The notes beneath the pieces are model-generated. The model ran no database searches, was not told the origin of the DNA, and saw nothing but the letters and a program-made list of their open reading frames with translations. From NCBI GenBank assembly GCA_964016885.1, contig OZ024741.1:192758001-192822000 (forward strand): a stretch of DNA of 64,000 bases, given 5' to 3'. This DNA comes from Eledone cirrhosa (taxonomy: Eukaryota). Shown piece by piece: positions 1 through 13,110 of this stretch (within the stretch, counting starts at the first letter, position 1; the number at the start of each line of letters is the position of its first letter). A program made the position numbers and the translations under genes.

Positions 1-620
1 CTTGGAAGATACCTCTCTTGATTTTCACTCCTGTCAAGGTGGCGGTAGATTTCCTCAGACATAGTGCTTGTTAGTAAGTTCCACATCAAGGATAGACAAG
101 TGATAAGCATATAGTTGGTAACGTCATTTTCCTTGACTTGGTCTTTCGTTATTAGAACCATGGTATCTTTTGTCAACCACTGCGGTACTTCACTTGACAC
201 CAACCAGCCATTGAACATGTCTGTCAGTATCGGGAGAAGATATGTTATATTTTTAGTCCAATGTCCTTGCACACCATCTGGTCCTGATGATCTCCAGTTG
301 ATTAATTTATTGGTTACTTTTTAAGGGTTTCAACCGAGATACTCGAATCAAGTTGTTATTCTGCTTGTTCATCTACCCCATTTTTAAGTCTCAATCCACT
401 CTGCCCGACTATTATGTTCAACATCCTGCTTCAAAATCCCTCTCCAAAATGTGTTGGTCCATTCAGCTACAGGAATATCATCGTCGCCTCTTTCTTTTAC
501 TTCAAATAGTTCAAATGACATATGGTTGTTGTCGAACTTGCGGTTTGTCTATATTGGCTAACTCTGCTCTCGTATCTTTTAACTTTTACAGTTTGGGATA
601 TGACACGTTGCTTTAATTCC
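1..620 (-). mobile_element. Degraded R4/Dong-like non-LTR retrotransposon RT fragment, running off the window start
   Basis: The reverse strand reads LINWRSSGPDGVQGHW (~255-305) and KIKRGIFQ (1-25). Both match RT motifs in the R4/Dong copies at 4620-7810 and 32784-36466. Confidence 0.7.
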
Positions 621-625
621 TCTAT

Positions 626-2242
626 CTTTTTTTATGACTTAAATAGGTTTATTTACAATAGTTTATAACTTTGCCTATTAATCCATATGGTGAGCAAATG
701 GGGTCCCGCGTACTGGCCTCCCCACAGTCCCGGCGGACAGGATGGAGAAGGCGTTTCTCCGGAGGATGGTAAGGGAGATGCGGTGGAAGAGCCATTTCAA
801 CTCGCGAGGCTCACACCTGTAGCTGGCCAGCTCAGTGCCTATGATGGTGAATAGGGAGGTAGCCCTAGGGCCAAGGACACAAGAAGTCTCCACTGCCAAG
901 GGCACGCCCGCGAACCTGCCGGAGAGCGACCGGTACTTGGAGAGTTTGGCCTCCTCAGCCCGACGTGCAGCAGTACCTGGGTTAGCCACAGAATGCATCA
1001 GGTTGCAGCTGGAGAAAGTGTCGCTGTAAGTGGCATCCCAGACGAGGGGTTTGCCACCGCGGAACGGGAAGATGGTCATACCGTCTGGCTTTTTGCCATC
1101 CCCGCGGTCCAGCCCACCTGCTCGTGCTGGGAGGGGAAGCCCGCAGCGTCCAAACCATGCCTAATGACCTCGTTGAGGGCAGCATGGCGTGGAAGGCGAC
1201 CAGCATTGTGGCGACAGGAAAGCGGATGCAGGCCGAAAGAGTCCACGGTAGATCCACAGCGACATTTATGAGGTTCGCAGATCCAGGGCCCAAGCCTAAA
1301 GGAAACGCCGATGCGCAGGCTATCGTTATCCAGCTGCGTGCCAGTGGAGAAGGAGGGCAAGGCATGGAGCCAGGCATCACTGTGGGAGTTTGGAGGCCGC
1401 CCGAAAACAGGCAAAGTGGTGCTGGCGCGTGAGCCTGTCTGTGGCCAGGCTGCACTGGAGGGCATCCCATACACGTTGGGAGGACTTGACGTCAGCAGGT
1501 GGAGAAGGAGGAGGGACCTCTACTAGGATAGGTCCCAGCCTATCCCACGTTTCACAGGCGACCTCAAGTTCCCTGGACACAGAGGATTTTATTGTGTTTT
1601 GGAGAACCTTGCTGACGAGGACGCGGCATGAGGTTACCGATGAAAGAAACGCTGGCAAAGCCAGCGAGATCGGTGACCGGAGGCCAAGGTCGCCATATCT
1701 GACAGGTAAAGAGGCCTGTTGCCACCCAATGTCGTCAAACCTGACGTTGCATATCTCCTCCGCTGCCGGTCGGCTACAAGTATCGAGGTCAGCGAGGGAG
1801 AGATGCGTGGCTGTAGCACGGAGCTCTGTGAAGGATGTAGAGGAGATTCGGCATGGCGAAGCAGTTCTCAACAAGAAGAGAGCTGGGTGGCCGTTGATCA
1901 AGCCCAGTCGGCTCGTGAAGGTCTGGAGTTGTTGGAGCCTAGACCTGATGGTGGAGCGGATGGTCGGCGGGTGGATCGGTGACCCGAGGATGAGGACATC
2001 ATCTTGGGGGGGGGTCACCTGTACTTGGTGGAGAATGGAGTGCACGTCCGAGACGGAGGCTGCCAAGCTCTTGGCATCATGACTGACATTCACCACCTCC
2101 GACTTGGACGAGTTGACCTGGAGGCCGATTCCCGCCAGGGCCGGAACCACCGATTGAAGGTCATCCACGTACTAAACGTTAACAGGGGCCGTGATACTCC
2201 GGGCAATGCGGTCTATACCAAGGGCAAACAGGAGAGGGCCAA
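626..2242 (-). mobile_element. 5'-truncated CRE-clade non-LTR retrotransposon (RT C-half, CCHC, restriction-like endonuclease), frameshifted
   Basis: Motifs GPLLFALG and YVDD (~2160-2242), [57 protein letters not shown] and PLAVETSCVLG lie across ORFs 1377-2168, 1076-1474 and 678-1079. AATAAA and a short poly(A) occur on the minus strand at ~626-655. Confidence 0.85.
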
Positions 2243-2349
2243 TAAGTATGTTCTTATTTTGTCGACCTTGAGAAGGCACACCTACAAGTACACAAATCAT
2301 ACACACGGAAAATACAGACAGCCAGAACAAAAGTGGACAAAGACCTTTT

Positions 2350-4620
2350 CATCTCTAACTCGGTCGGTAATGAGAGGTAGGGTGGCAGTGCTGTTTCGGA
2401 AAGGCATGGATCTCGAGGTAAAGTCGATCTTCCTAGACCCGAATGTTATGTTGGTGGTCCTGGATGTAAGCAGCAGCAGCGAAGATAGTACCTTTAGACT
2501 GGTGGTGCCTTTAGACCGATCGAGGCTGGACGGCCGGATTTTTTTAGGCGCCTGGAAGACTTTCTGGAACGTCTCGCCCTTTACTTTTAGCAGAGGACTG
2601 GAACGGCATCTTAGACACACGCTGGGATTGTGTGGGAGTAGCTGATAGAAGCAGAGGGTGCTAAAGCCTCAAACACCTGATCATCCAGTTCCAACTGTCT
2701 GACAGGTATCGACTAGATTTCCCTAATGCGCCAGTGTGGACCTGGACCAACTGCATATGGTCATCTAGATCGTATATAGACAGGATTCTCGTTAGGAAAA
2801 TAGATAGAACTAGTATAGTCTATCCACGTTTTAAAACTATTCAGATCATAAGTTTGTGATCTGTACGGTCGACCTACAAAAGACGTGTAGGTCCTGGTTA
2901 CTTGAAGCTGATCATGTCGTTTCCGACACGTAAGGCTTTCAGGGATAAGATCAACAATTTAAGCAAAAGTTGACTGGGTGGGTGGTCAACAACAGGTAGT
3001 GGGGTGGGGGCTTTCAAAAGAGAGGTTAGAGCAGTGGTTCTCAACCTTTTTTTGCCAACGGCACACCTTGGACCACATGAAAAAATAGCGACACACCTGG
3101 CTAAATATATATGAAAAATATTTGAATTTTACAAAATAAAAACATGGCAAGTCATAGACGGCATACAACCGTAGATACAGACTAGTCATAGACACAAAGA
3201 ATGACTCAAACTAAATAAAGAAAAACACAGCTATGAACTTACTTTATTGCAGTGTTTCGAATTTCATCAGTCAAATAGTTGGCTTCTTTAGTGAGAAATT
3301 TGTGGCTGGCTTTATTCATAATTTCCTCAATGTTTGGTCGAATATGAGACAGATACACCCTCATTTCTTCTTCCGTTGTACGTAATCGCATTTTCTTAGT
3401 GTGCCGTTCAAAATTTCGCGGCACACTTAGGAAGATCTCGCGGCACACTGGTCGAGAATCACTGGGTTAGAGTAATGTCAATAGGTTTCAGCAAAGAAGT
3501 AGCATTAGAGAAAATTAGAAAGGAGAAGGAACTGGTAGCTAAGTTAGACGGCATTGCAACTAACGTGCTAGCGGCGAGAATGGCATTTCCTCATTGCGGA
3601 ACACGAAGGTTGCATTGTGAGAGCTAACGCGCGTGCTCTGAGAAACGTGGGAACCAAAGCTGTTCGATAGGACAGCGTGGCAGAGTCGCAGCGTTGTAAA
3701 AAAACACAATTCGGTCTTTGACAGACTGAGAGGGACACGAGCTGAGCGATTCCAGGCGGATGTGGGAGGCCTCTCACAGGCATATTGCTCGGTCATTCGG
3801 GAGGGGGCGGGAAGTGGAGAGTCAGAGAAGGTGGCGGACTTCAGCCCCTACCTCGATGGCTTACCGCATCTCTCGACAGACGACGCTGGGCGCTGCGAAA
3901 GGTGGATAAAAGCGGCCGAAATTCGGGACGACCTAGACGGCTGCACGAGGCGCAAGTCAGCCGGTTTGGATGGTCTGCTCTACGGGATATGGTCTGCTTT
4001 ACATAGATATACTAGACTCAGCCTCCGATCTCCTTGAAGCGCTCTACTGCGACTGGCAGTAGAACGGGAGTATTCCCAGTTCTGTGAACCGGGGCGTAGC
4101 GACGCTGATGAGGAAAGACGAGAACAAGACGAGGAAAGACGACACAATCAGGCCCATAACACAGAGTTTAAGATTTTGGCCAAGGTGTTAGTGAAGAGGT
4201 TAGCGCTTGTCATCGAGGATTTGGTTGGGGAGGCGCAAACTTGCGCAATCCCGACCAGGTCAATACACGGCAACCTCCACCTCATGCAATTTATTATAGA
4301 GTGGGTAGGGTGTAGACATGGCTTCGGTGAGGCTCTGATCAATCGAAAGCTTTCAAGAGGGTCGACCATCGATATGCGGAAGCTGTCCTGAAGGCAGCTG
4401 GCTTCGGCCCCGTCTTCCGAAGCTGGATCGCTGCAATGCACAGCGGTATCTGCTCAGTGGTCAATGTTAATGGCTCCCTCTCGGAACAGTTTCAGATCTC
4501 CCGATCCGTTCGTCATGGGTGCCATCTCTCCTCCTTTCTGTACGTATTGACTCTCGATGGTTTACTGCGGAAGCTGGAGCTGTTGCAGGGCATCCCACTC
4601 AAACTGGGGCGTGGAAAGGT
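2350..4620 (+). mobile_element. Degraded Tx1/L1-like ORF2 fragment (APE endonuclease to RT), interrupted by a hAT MITE
   Basis: GRVAVLFRK, SRSYIDR, ELKILAKVLVKRLALV..AQTCAIPTRSIHGNLH and RHGCHLSSFLYVLTL. The DNA is visibly similar to the copies at 22209 and 28150. Confidence 0.85.
3032..3464 (-). mobile_element. Non-autonomous hAT (Buster/Charlie-type) DNA transposon, 433 bp
   Basis: 15-bp TIRs CAGTGGTTCTCAACC and GGTCGAGAATCACTG (2 mismatches). Perfect 8-bp TSD GGTTAGAG at 3024-3031 and 3465-3472 with central TA. Internal minus-strand transposase C-terminal remnant EEEMRVYLSHIRPNIEEI. Confidence 0.92.
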
Positions 4621-7600
4621 CTGTAGCCTGTATGGTATTCCCAGTCGCTTTAAGAAATTTTGAAGTTTTAATAGGATTGATCCTAATGGCTCGATCACAA
4701 CTGGTCTCACTTCCGCATTATCCTCTTGCATTCCAAATTATCTTACCACCTCCACTTTCATTCCAGAGTACTTACTAGTAATATTCCTCCTGCATTACTT
4801 TACAAAGCATATGTTCATTCCAATTCCCTATGACTTCATATTGGTATTTACAACACAAAAGTCAACGTTGTAGACAGACTTTATCATGGCAGCGCTTGTA
4901 TTCTTTTTGCGCAAGGCTTTCACATCCACATACGAAATGGGCTACATTTTCTACATTCTTTCACAGAGCCTGCAGACCTCAGTGTCAGATGTTTTGTAGT
5001 TGTTATATTTCACCAAATTGATAGCAGCTATAAGACTTTCAATGGTACGTTTTGAATCGCTTTGCTTAAGACATGTCCATGATGTTTTTTATTCTTGATA
5101 TCCTATGTATTTCTTTCAAATTGATCATGCATTCTCATTCCTAGAAGATCTTCCTTTCTTTTCTCTTCAGCTCTTCAGTTAAATTCTCCATTTCCAATCA
5201 TTTCTAATGCATTTATACGAATATTTTTTGTTGTATTTTGCAACAACTCTTCGTCACTGTTTACCAAATATTTTGCAAGCATTCTCCTTTCACCCCTTAT
5301 ACAATGATCTACAACAATGGGGCCTCTTTCAACATTCTTTCTCTTCATGTATAGTCAATTAATATTTGCTTTAGTGTGTAAAACTCCGTATAATGTCGTT
5401 AACTTTCTCGCATTTATATCCAATTTTGATATTTCTTCTTCAGCCCAACTGAGAATAAATGCACTATATCTAACCACTGCAACTGCCGAGTTATTTACTG
5501 CAGCAACAAAATCTCTCGCATTCAAGTTGGATTTTAAAATTATTTTCAATCTTTTTAAATATATCCCTCTAAACTCTTCTTTTATTTCTGCATGCAAAAT
5601 ATCATCAAGTTGTAAGATCCTCAAATATCTATAGCCTCTATCTTCTGGTTCTCCCATGGTTTCTCCCGATCGCAGTCGTAATTCTCTACAGGCTGTTTTC
5701 TTCCCTGTTTTCCCTATTTTCATGTTGAGTACAGAAAATTTGGAAATCCCTGTTTTAACCAATGAGTCTATTTAGTTTTCAGACTTTCCAAATAGTTTCA
5801 GGTGATCCATAAACAGAAAGTGGCTCAAGAATGTCCATTCATTTCCACATTAGTAGCCCATTTTTTTCTGGGTGTGAGGGTTATAGGTTTCAGTGCCTGT
5901 AACATATAGTAACGTTAAAACCGGTCCCCTTGGAAGATACCTCTTTTAATTACTACTTCTCCCAGGAAAACATTGCTTGAGTATAACTTGGTTTTCCAAT
6001 CTGTTATAATATTCAACAAAAACTTTGTGATGTCAACAACACCAAACATCCGCAGGCATTCACCAATTGAAGAATGAGACACCATATCATATGTCTTCTT
6101 ATTTCAATCCAGGCCATAGACATGTTTTTGTGATGTTTCGTAAATGTCTCAAAACTGTCTTATCAATATCCAGGTGATCCTCGGTACCCTGGGACCTCTT
6201 CCTGCATTCTTTTTGTTCGTCTGGTAGTATTCCTTCCTGTGATAGAAAAGCATATGTCATACCCTGAGAATCTTCCATATTATGTTATAGGGTGGTAGTT
6301 TCCCACAGCCTTCTCCTTACTTCTACCTTTTATCATAACCGTTGTCTCTCTGTAACCATCCAGGTGGGGACTAAACTTCTCTGGACACATTCATTCATTT
6401 GTGTGTCAAATCTTTCATCTATTTCACTGCATCACTTCAGCCAAAAGCCGTGGACCCCATCTGGCCCAGGGGCTTTCCAGTTTGGTGTCTAGGCTACTTT
6501 ATCCTTAACATCAACTGTGTTTATGATAATATATGTTTGTATATTTCCTCCTCACATTTCTGTCTTGATGGTGTCTATCCACATGACATCCTTTCTATGA
6601 CTCATACTGTATCCCCATATCCCATTCCAGAACTCCTTGGCCTTATCAGCATTAGGAATAGCGTCCTTCCCATTCCCATTGTTTCCTTCCAAAGTGCAGA
6701 AAAACTGTCTTGTATTATTTTGGAACAATCTATTCTCCTTGAATTTAGCTGTTCTGTTACTGTATGGAATCCACTCTTCTGTATTTTATATGTCTTCTTT
6801 AGTGTTTCTCGACTAGCCTTTTTCCCATTTTCCCACTTTCCTCTAAACTATTGCTCAAATTTCCTTAGATCTTGCCTTAACTGCATTATAGCATTTTCAA
6901 TGCATCTTTTCCACCATGTCTAGTGTTCGTCAGTTCCATTTACTCCTCTACAAGTAATGCAACAGCTCGGATGAGGTTCCTAATTTGTGGTAAGTCTTCT
7001 GTCTGGATGTGTTTTATGACAGCATTTATCTTTTTTGTAGTTTCAACTATTATCCTCCTACCTACCCTTCTCATATTCATTGGGATTCTTTCTTCTGGGG
7101 CATCCATCAAATCCATAAGCCGTCTACGTAAGTCAAGTGACTCACCATCTAAGTGACTCCCTCCTCTTGTATCACCATTCTCCTCTTCAGCCATACAAGG
7201 GTTCAACAGCCCTAACATTTCCATCACACTACCTCTGCTCCTGCTGCCCATTTTTCTCTCTGCCTTCAACCATAGAGACGGCTTCAGCTTCTCTCTCTCA
7301 TTGTTGTTCATCTACATGTTGCTTTAAGCATTCACTAATCCAAGATATTTCTATTTCAGTTAACCAGCCCCTCCTCCTACTCACCCTCACTTGATTCATT
7401 ATTTTAATTTCAAACATCTCAAACATGCTCTTTCCCATCCAAAAGTCCACAGTGAGTTGTTCTACTCCGCGACTTCCTTTCACTTTTGCTCTTTCATGGC
7501 ATTCAATCAGTGTAGTGTACTCTTCCTTCGTCCATTTGTGTCTAGCTGTCTGCACATTCTGTGTGTGATCTGTTGCTTGGTAACGACTGTCCGGAGCCAG

Positions 7601-7810
7601 ATCACTCTCCTTGTTGCTGGGGGCTCTAAACATACCGGACGAGGGACCTTCACCGTGATTGGTTCTAGCTTCATTTACGCCGTTAAATATTTCACTATTG
7701 TTTTGCATCACGATTCCACGAGAGTGGTTTGTAGCGATTTTTTTCTCCCCATTGGTGTTTTTATTGAGACGCCGTCTCTATATAACCTGCCTCGCCTGAC
7801 TAAAACCTGA
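4620..7810 (-). mobile_element. Near full-length, decayed R4/Dong-like non-LTR retrotransposon
   Basis: N-terminal RHKWTKEEY motif, WKAPGPDGVHGFW, RGIFQG, FLFMDHLKL, YRYLRILQ..ILKSNLNA and C-terminal RPVVIEPLG. Many stops and frameshifts. The 5' end abuts a degenerate (ATC/ATT)n tract. Confidence 0.85.
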
Positions 7811-8017
7811 CTTTATCATTATCATTATCAATACCATCGCCACCACCGTTATCACCACCATCATTATTATCAGTACTGCAGTTATTATCATGATCACTAT
7901 CATTATCATCATCACTGTCAACAACAAAAATGATATTATTATTGCTCTGTCACGCAGTGCAGATGGATAATGCACCGGGGTAATAGTTAACTGCCAAATC
8001 ACCACATTGACCATAGA

Positions 8018-8565
8018 GTGGATTGGCAGTATCGGTAGAGAGTCCGACGCCATGCTTTGCAGCATACAGTTACGGCCCTTTACGGTCTGAGTTCAAATCC
8101 CGCCGAGGTTAACTTTACCTTTCATCCTTACGGGGTCGATAAAATAAAGTACCAGTAATACACTGGGCTAATTTGCTGGCCTTGTGCCAAAAAGTAGAAA
8201 CAATTATATGAGAAAGAGCAGTGGATTGGCAGTATCGGTAGAGAGTCCGACGCCATGCTTTGCAGCATACAGTTACGGCCCTTTACGGTCTGAGTTCAAA
8301 TCCCGCCGAGGTTAACTTTACCTTTCATCCTTACGGGGTCGATAAAATAAAGTACCAGTAATGTACTAGGATAATTGCTGGCCTTGTACCAAAAGTAGAA
8401 ACAATTATTATATTAGGTACTGAGTTCAAATCCTACCGAGGTTAGCTTTGCCTTTCATTCTAACAGGGTCGAACAAAATGAAGCACCAGTAATGCACTGG
8501 GATCGATTTAATCAACTTTGCCCCCCCCCCCCCCAAAAAAAAAAATTGCTGGCCTTGTGCCTATA
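8018..8565 (+). mobile_element. Tandem tRNA-derived SINE copies (two ~200-bp near-identical units and a partial third)
   Basis: A-box-like TGGCAGTATCGG, B-box GAGTTCAAATCC, and body CCTTTCATCCTTACGGGGTCGATAAAATAAAGTACCAG. Units start at ~8018, ~8220 and ~8420. Confidence 0.85.
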
Positions 8566-8629
8566 TTTTATGACTGAAGCTCAAAGCATGGCTAGATTGT
8601 TCATTTGACGCGGAGACCCCCTACCCCTG

Positions 8630-9240
8630 TTCAAGTATGTATACATACACACATACACAGATACATACATCCGAACAGATACAAACACATATATTCACAC
8701 ATGCAAACACAGGAAGACACACACGCATATACATACACACACACACTGGTACAAATTTACACGCACAGTCTCCAGCAATACGTAACAAACACACTAAACT
8801 ACACACATGGACCGAAATACATGAATTCACACAAACGCACACTGATAATACACTGAGATACACACACTCTGATAACACACAAACCCATACATATCCAGGC
8901 ACATGCTTATACATACACACACACACACACATCCATAAACACACACGAATATACGCAATCAAACATGTACAGACTTCAGAAGGTACAAATAAAACATTAA
9001 AAAGCAACATACGCATACACACACATACTACTTTGAAAATACACGCGCATGCGCAGAAACACACACACATGAATCTAACAGACACACACACACACACACA
9101 CACTCAAAATAGCAATACACAAAAAACAAACAAACATGTAGACACACACACACTAACATTACACTGAGATTCGCACACACACACACTCAAAACACGTACA
9201 AAGACCGAAACAAGCACACACACAGACACACGCACACACG
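8630..9240. repeat. Degenerate (CA)n low-complexity tract
   Basis: CA/CATA-rich sequence; the overlapping ORFs are HT/CV repeats. Confidence 0.85.
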
Positions 9241-9444
9241 CTTACACCATCACTAGTAAAATATGTATGTATGGTTCCGTAATTTCTGATAGAGTCGTAG
9301 GGGGCGCCGTATTGACATACGGCGTTTCTTGGGCATTTTTAAGCCTGGCAGAGGGGCCATCCCTCCCCAGGCAGATTTCTTCCAGTGAAAGATAGAGAGG
9401 GAGAGAGAGAGAGAGAGAGAGGAAATGAGAAAGAGATATAGAGG

Positions 9445-9630
9445 AAGAATCGACCCCAGTACTAGACTGATTCTTTTTTAATCGACCTGGAAAGTTAACC
9501 TCGGTGGGATTTGAACTCCGAGAGCAGAGAGATGGGATTTGAACTCGGAGAGCAGAGAGATGGGATTTGAACTCGAAGAGCAGAGAGCCGGAACAAATAC
9601 AATAAAGCATTCAATCCGACGTTCTAACGG
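9445..9630 (-). mobile_element. SINE of the 8018 family with an internal 28-bp triplication
   Basis: Reverse complement of the SINE body. GGGATTTGAACTC.GAGAGCAGAGAGAT occurs three times at 9506, 9534 and 9562. Confidence 0.7.
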
Positions 9631-10469
9631 TGCTGTTAATTCGTTGCCTTACTAGTAAAATATACACCACTCAAATACAAGTGCCCACACATCCACATAT
9701 GCACAAAACACATAAACAAAACACGCACACATCTCATCTCACACTTACCTGCAAGGACAAACTTTGTATTGCTCTGAATTTTGAAATTCATTTGGATTAT
9801 GTCAGCTACATCTATTGACACAGCCTTATCTTCATCCTTGGTGAAACTCGTATCCCCACTCCACCACCTATTCTCTTTATATTTACCTATCATCCTCTAC
9901 TGGCTTCAACGGAGTTTTCCGAACTATAGAATGGAAATCACTACAAACATTTTTCTCCTCACACGGAATACAGCCATTCCCAATTTAACTTCAAAAATCC
10001 TACGACAGAAATGTCGGACTACAGGTTTTGGATATCTCTTGTAACTTACTTGGTACAGTACACATATAGACACACTTACACACACAAATACAAACACGCA
10101 CGCACACACACACACACACGTCCAGACAGGCAATTACACAGGTCCAGACAGACAAACATGCTTATATGCACACACATGGATTATTATTACGTATACACAA
10201 TAATAATCCACACAAACTGAGATATACTGATAACACACATACCCACACTCTTATATAAACACAATAGCATATACACACGCTCATACACACACACACACAC
10301 ACAGTCCAGTCACGCCTGGAGTTTAATAAGTTATTTCAGATCTTAATATTCAGTACTTCAACTGAACAGAGGTCACACTCCACGCGTTTAACCCAATAAC
10401 GTTTTATAGTCGAGTTTCTCTTCTCCAATTGTCAGACATGTTCGCGAGTTCGGTTGATTAAAGAAATGT

Positions 10470-11138
10470 GATCTCCGACAGGCACTTGATAGATGTGCTG
10501 CCGAGTGCTGCACGGCGGAAATGAATATCAGTGTTGCGAAGACTGAGATACTCGTCCTCTTAAAGAAGGCTGTACACTACACTCTACATATGAATGGAGT
10601 TCTACTGGAGCGGGTAGAGAAGTTCAAGTGTCTCGGAGTCATTTTCACGTGTGATAGAAGGCAGGAGGCTGAATTAAGTGCAGGAATTGCGAGAGCTGGT
10701 GCAGTAATGGGCCAGCTTCAGCATTCAGTAATCAGAAGGGAGGTAGGCGTGAAAACCAAACTCGCTACCTCCCAATCGGTATTCGTGCCAAACCTTATCT
10801 ATGGTCATGAATCTTGGGTAATGACCGAATGAATACGATCGCAAATACAAGCAGTCGCAATGGGGTTCCGGAAATGGACCTTTGGCGTAACGTTACTCGA
10901 TAAAGTGTGTAGCTCGGAGATCAGAGAGTCACTCCAGGTAGAGCTGCCATTTTCTCCGAATTGAGAAATCATAGCTCCGATACTATGGGCATGTGGTTAG
11001 AATGTGCCAGGAAAGAATCGCTGGAGAGATTTTACAGGCAAAACCAACTGGTTGGAATCCAGGGGTAGATCTCGCTTGAAGAAGAAGAAGAAGAAGAAGA
11101 AGAAGAAGAAGAAGAAGAAGAAGAAGAAGAAGAAGAAG

Positions 11139-11168
<30 letters not shown>
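10470..11168 (+). mobile_element. 3' fragment of an RTE-clade (Rex3/Expander-like) LINE with a (GAA)n tail
   Basis: MNISVAKTE..VEKFKCLG..KTKL..PNLIYGHESWVMTE, then RSQIQAV..RYYGHVVRM. (GAA)n spans 11078-11168. Confidence 0.8.
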
Positions 11169-11169
<1 letters not shown>

Positions 11170-11479
11170 GTTTGCACACAGTTTTTTTTTTGAAGACGTT
11201 GCAAGTTGCACCTATATATTTATATATGCCATTGGTATAAGCTATCTCACACGTGTATTCTACATTTTTATATAGGCATTTTCTCGTGGTGGGGTTGGCT
11301 GGATACTCCGCTCAGCTACAGTTGCAGTTCTTTTGTATGTTTTGCTCGTGATCCAGTTTTTGGCGGGGATGCTGTTTGTGTTTCCTAAATTTGCTAAATG
11401 GATGCGACAATTGTTGTTTAAGCTAGGTTGGGTTAAATGTTTGCGATCGGTTACGGTGTGCATGATTTCATCGTGGTGT

Positions 11480-11690
11480 TGTAGTGAAGTATGTTTTTGA
11501 TATGGATCTACAGCCGCCTAAGGTTTGATTTAATAATACGTTTCAAGTTGAGTAGGATAGTTTAATTGTTCGCCTATTTAGTATTTTGTGGTATCTATGA
11601 GACAGGGAAGTTTTTACCTATTAATTTAAAGAATTCCATTATGTCTTAAGCCTAGAAGCTTCCGATTCACATTTCCCTTTCATCTGTCTA
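11480..11690 (-). mobile_element. Penelope-like element fragment (RT-endonuclease linker)
   Basis: The reverse strand reads EFFKLIGKNFP / HRYHKILNRRTIKLSYS, the typical PLE linker motif. Confidence 0.6.
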
Positions 11691-11742
11691 TTTTTAGAAT
11701 AGAAAAGTAGATAGAAAATGATGGTAATTGTGATCTATACAT

Positions 11743-12040
<298 letters not shown>

Positions 12041-12677
12041 TATGTCTAATATTATTTATGTCTAATGTTTCTTCTTTCTTTATAATATATTATATAGCTC
12101 TGATATTGAGTCAATCTAATTCATTCAGATTATTTTGTCCCTATTAATCATAGAGCAACAACGGTTAAGGTTGGCAGCACACAAATTCGGGGATATATGT
12201 GTGTATATGCATGTATATGTATGTATTCGCATGTATCTGTGTATTTCTTTTATTGTCTATAACTCCCTACGGTAGAGTAACCACAGAAGCATGGTGACTG
12301 CTGTCAAGCTTACACTAGTTACACTTCTAGCCCTCTTTAGCCACTTCGTCTATAGCCTAGATATTAATACCCACTCCGCCATTTGTGGTATTTTTCTCTT
12401 GGTTGTAAGAGGCTTAACTCTGTTTCTTGACCGCTATATGACGTGATACGTTCCCTCTCCGCCTTTCCGGGATTCTCTCTCACGCTTTGCGGACGTGTTT
12501 TGAAACTTTAAATGAGGTATTCTCTTGATAAATTGGCAAACGTCACAAAAATACGGCATCTCTATGATGTAATGTTTTTGCATAGTAGCCACGAAACTGC
12601 GCAGTCGAGGATGTTGAAGAATATTGGGTATATATATATTTTTATTTTTGTTTAATGTTTCTTCTTTCTTTATAAAT

Positions 12678-12753
<76 letters not shown>

Positions 12754-12864
12754 TATATATATGCCTGTATTCACAGATACTACAATCATGACATAGATTT
12801 ATGATGGTTTGACAAAGCCCTAATTACATAGATATATAGACTCACATAAATTATTGGTGGATTG

Positions 12865-12948
<84 letters not shown>

Positions 12949-13110
12949 TATTTCGTTTCTGAATTTGTTTAGCAAGATTCTTTATCTGAAAACGTGTGTT
13001 GAAACCGATATTGTTATACTTTGGGAGCGTCATGTTGCCAATAAGAAACACACGCACCAGTTGCTTTCACTCCAATTTATTACAAATTAAATTATAAGTT
13101 AAAAAAAAAA

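Noticed and set aside
8018-8565. CRISPR-like array or genuine tRNA genes
   Set aside because: These are ~200-bp SINE units without unique spacers or a complete cloverleaf, in a eukaryotic context.
8605-9167. His/Thr- or Cys/Val-rich ORFs
   Set aside because: Degenerate (CA)n sequence.
12795-12870. ~70-bp segment similar to 42330-42400
   Set aside because: Probably an ordinary dispersed repeat fragment; no termini or structure could be defined.
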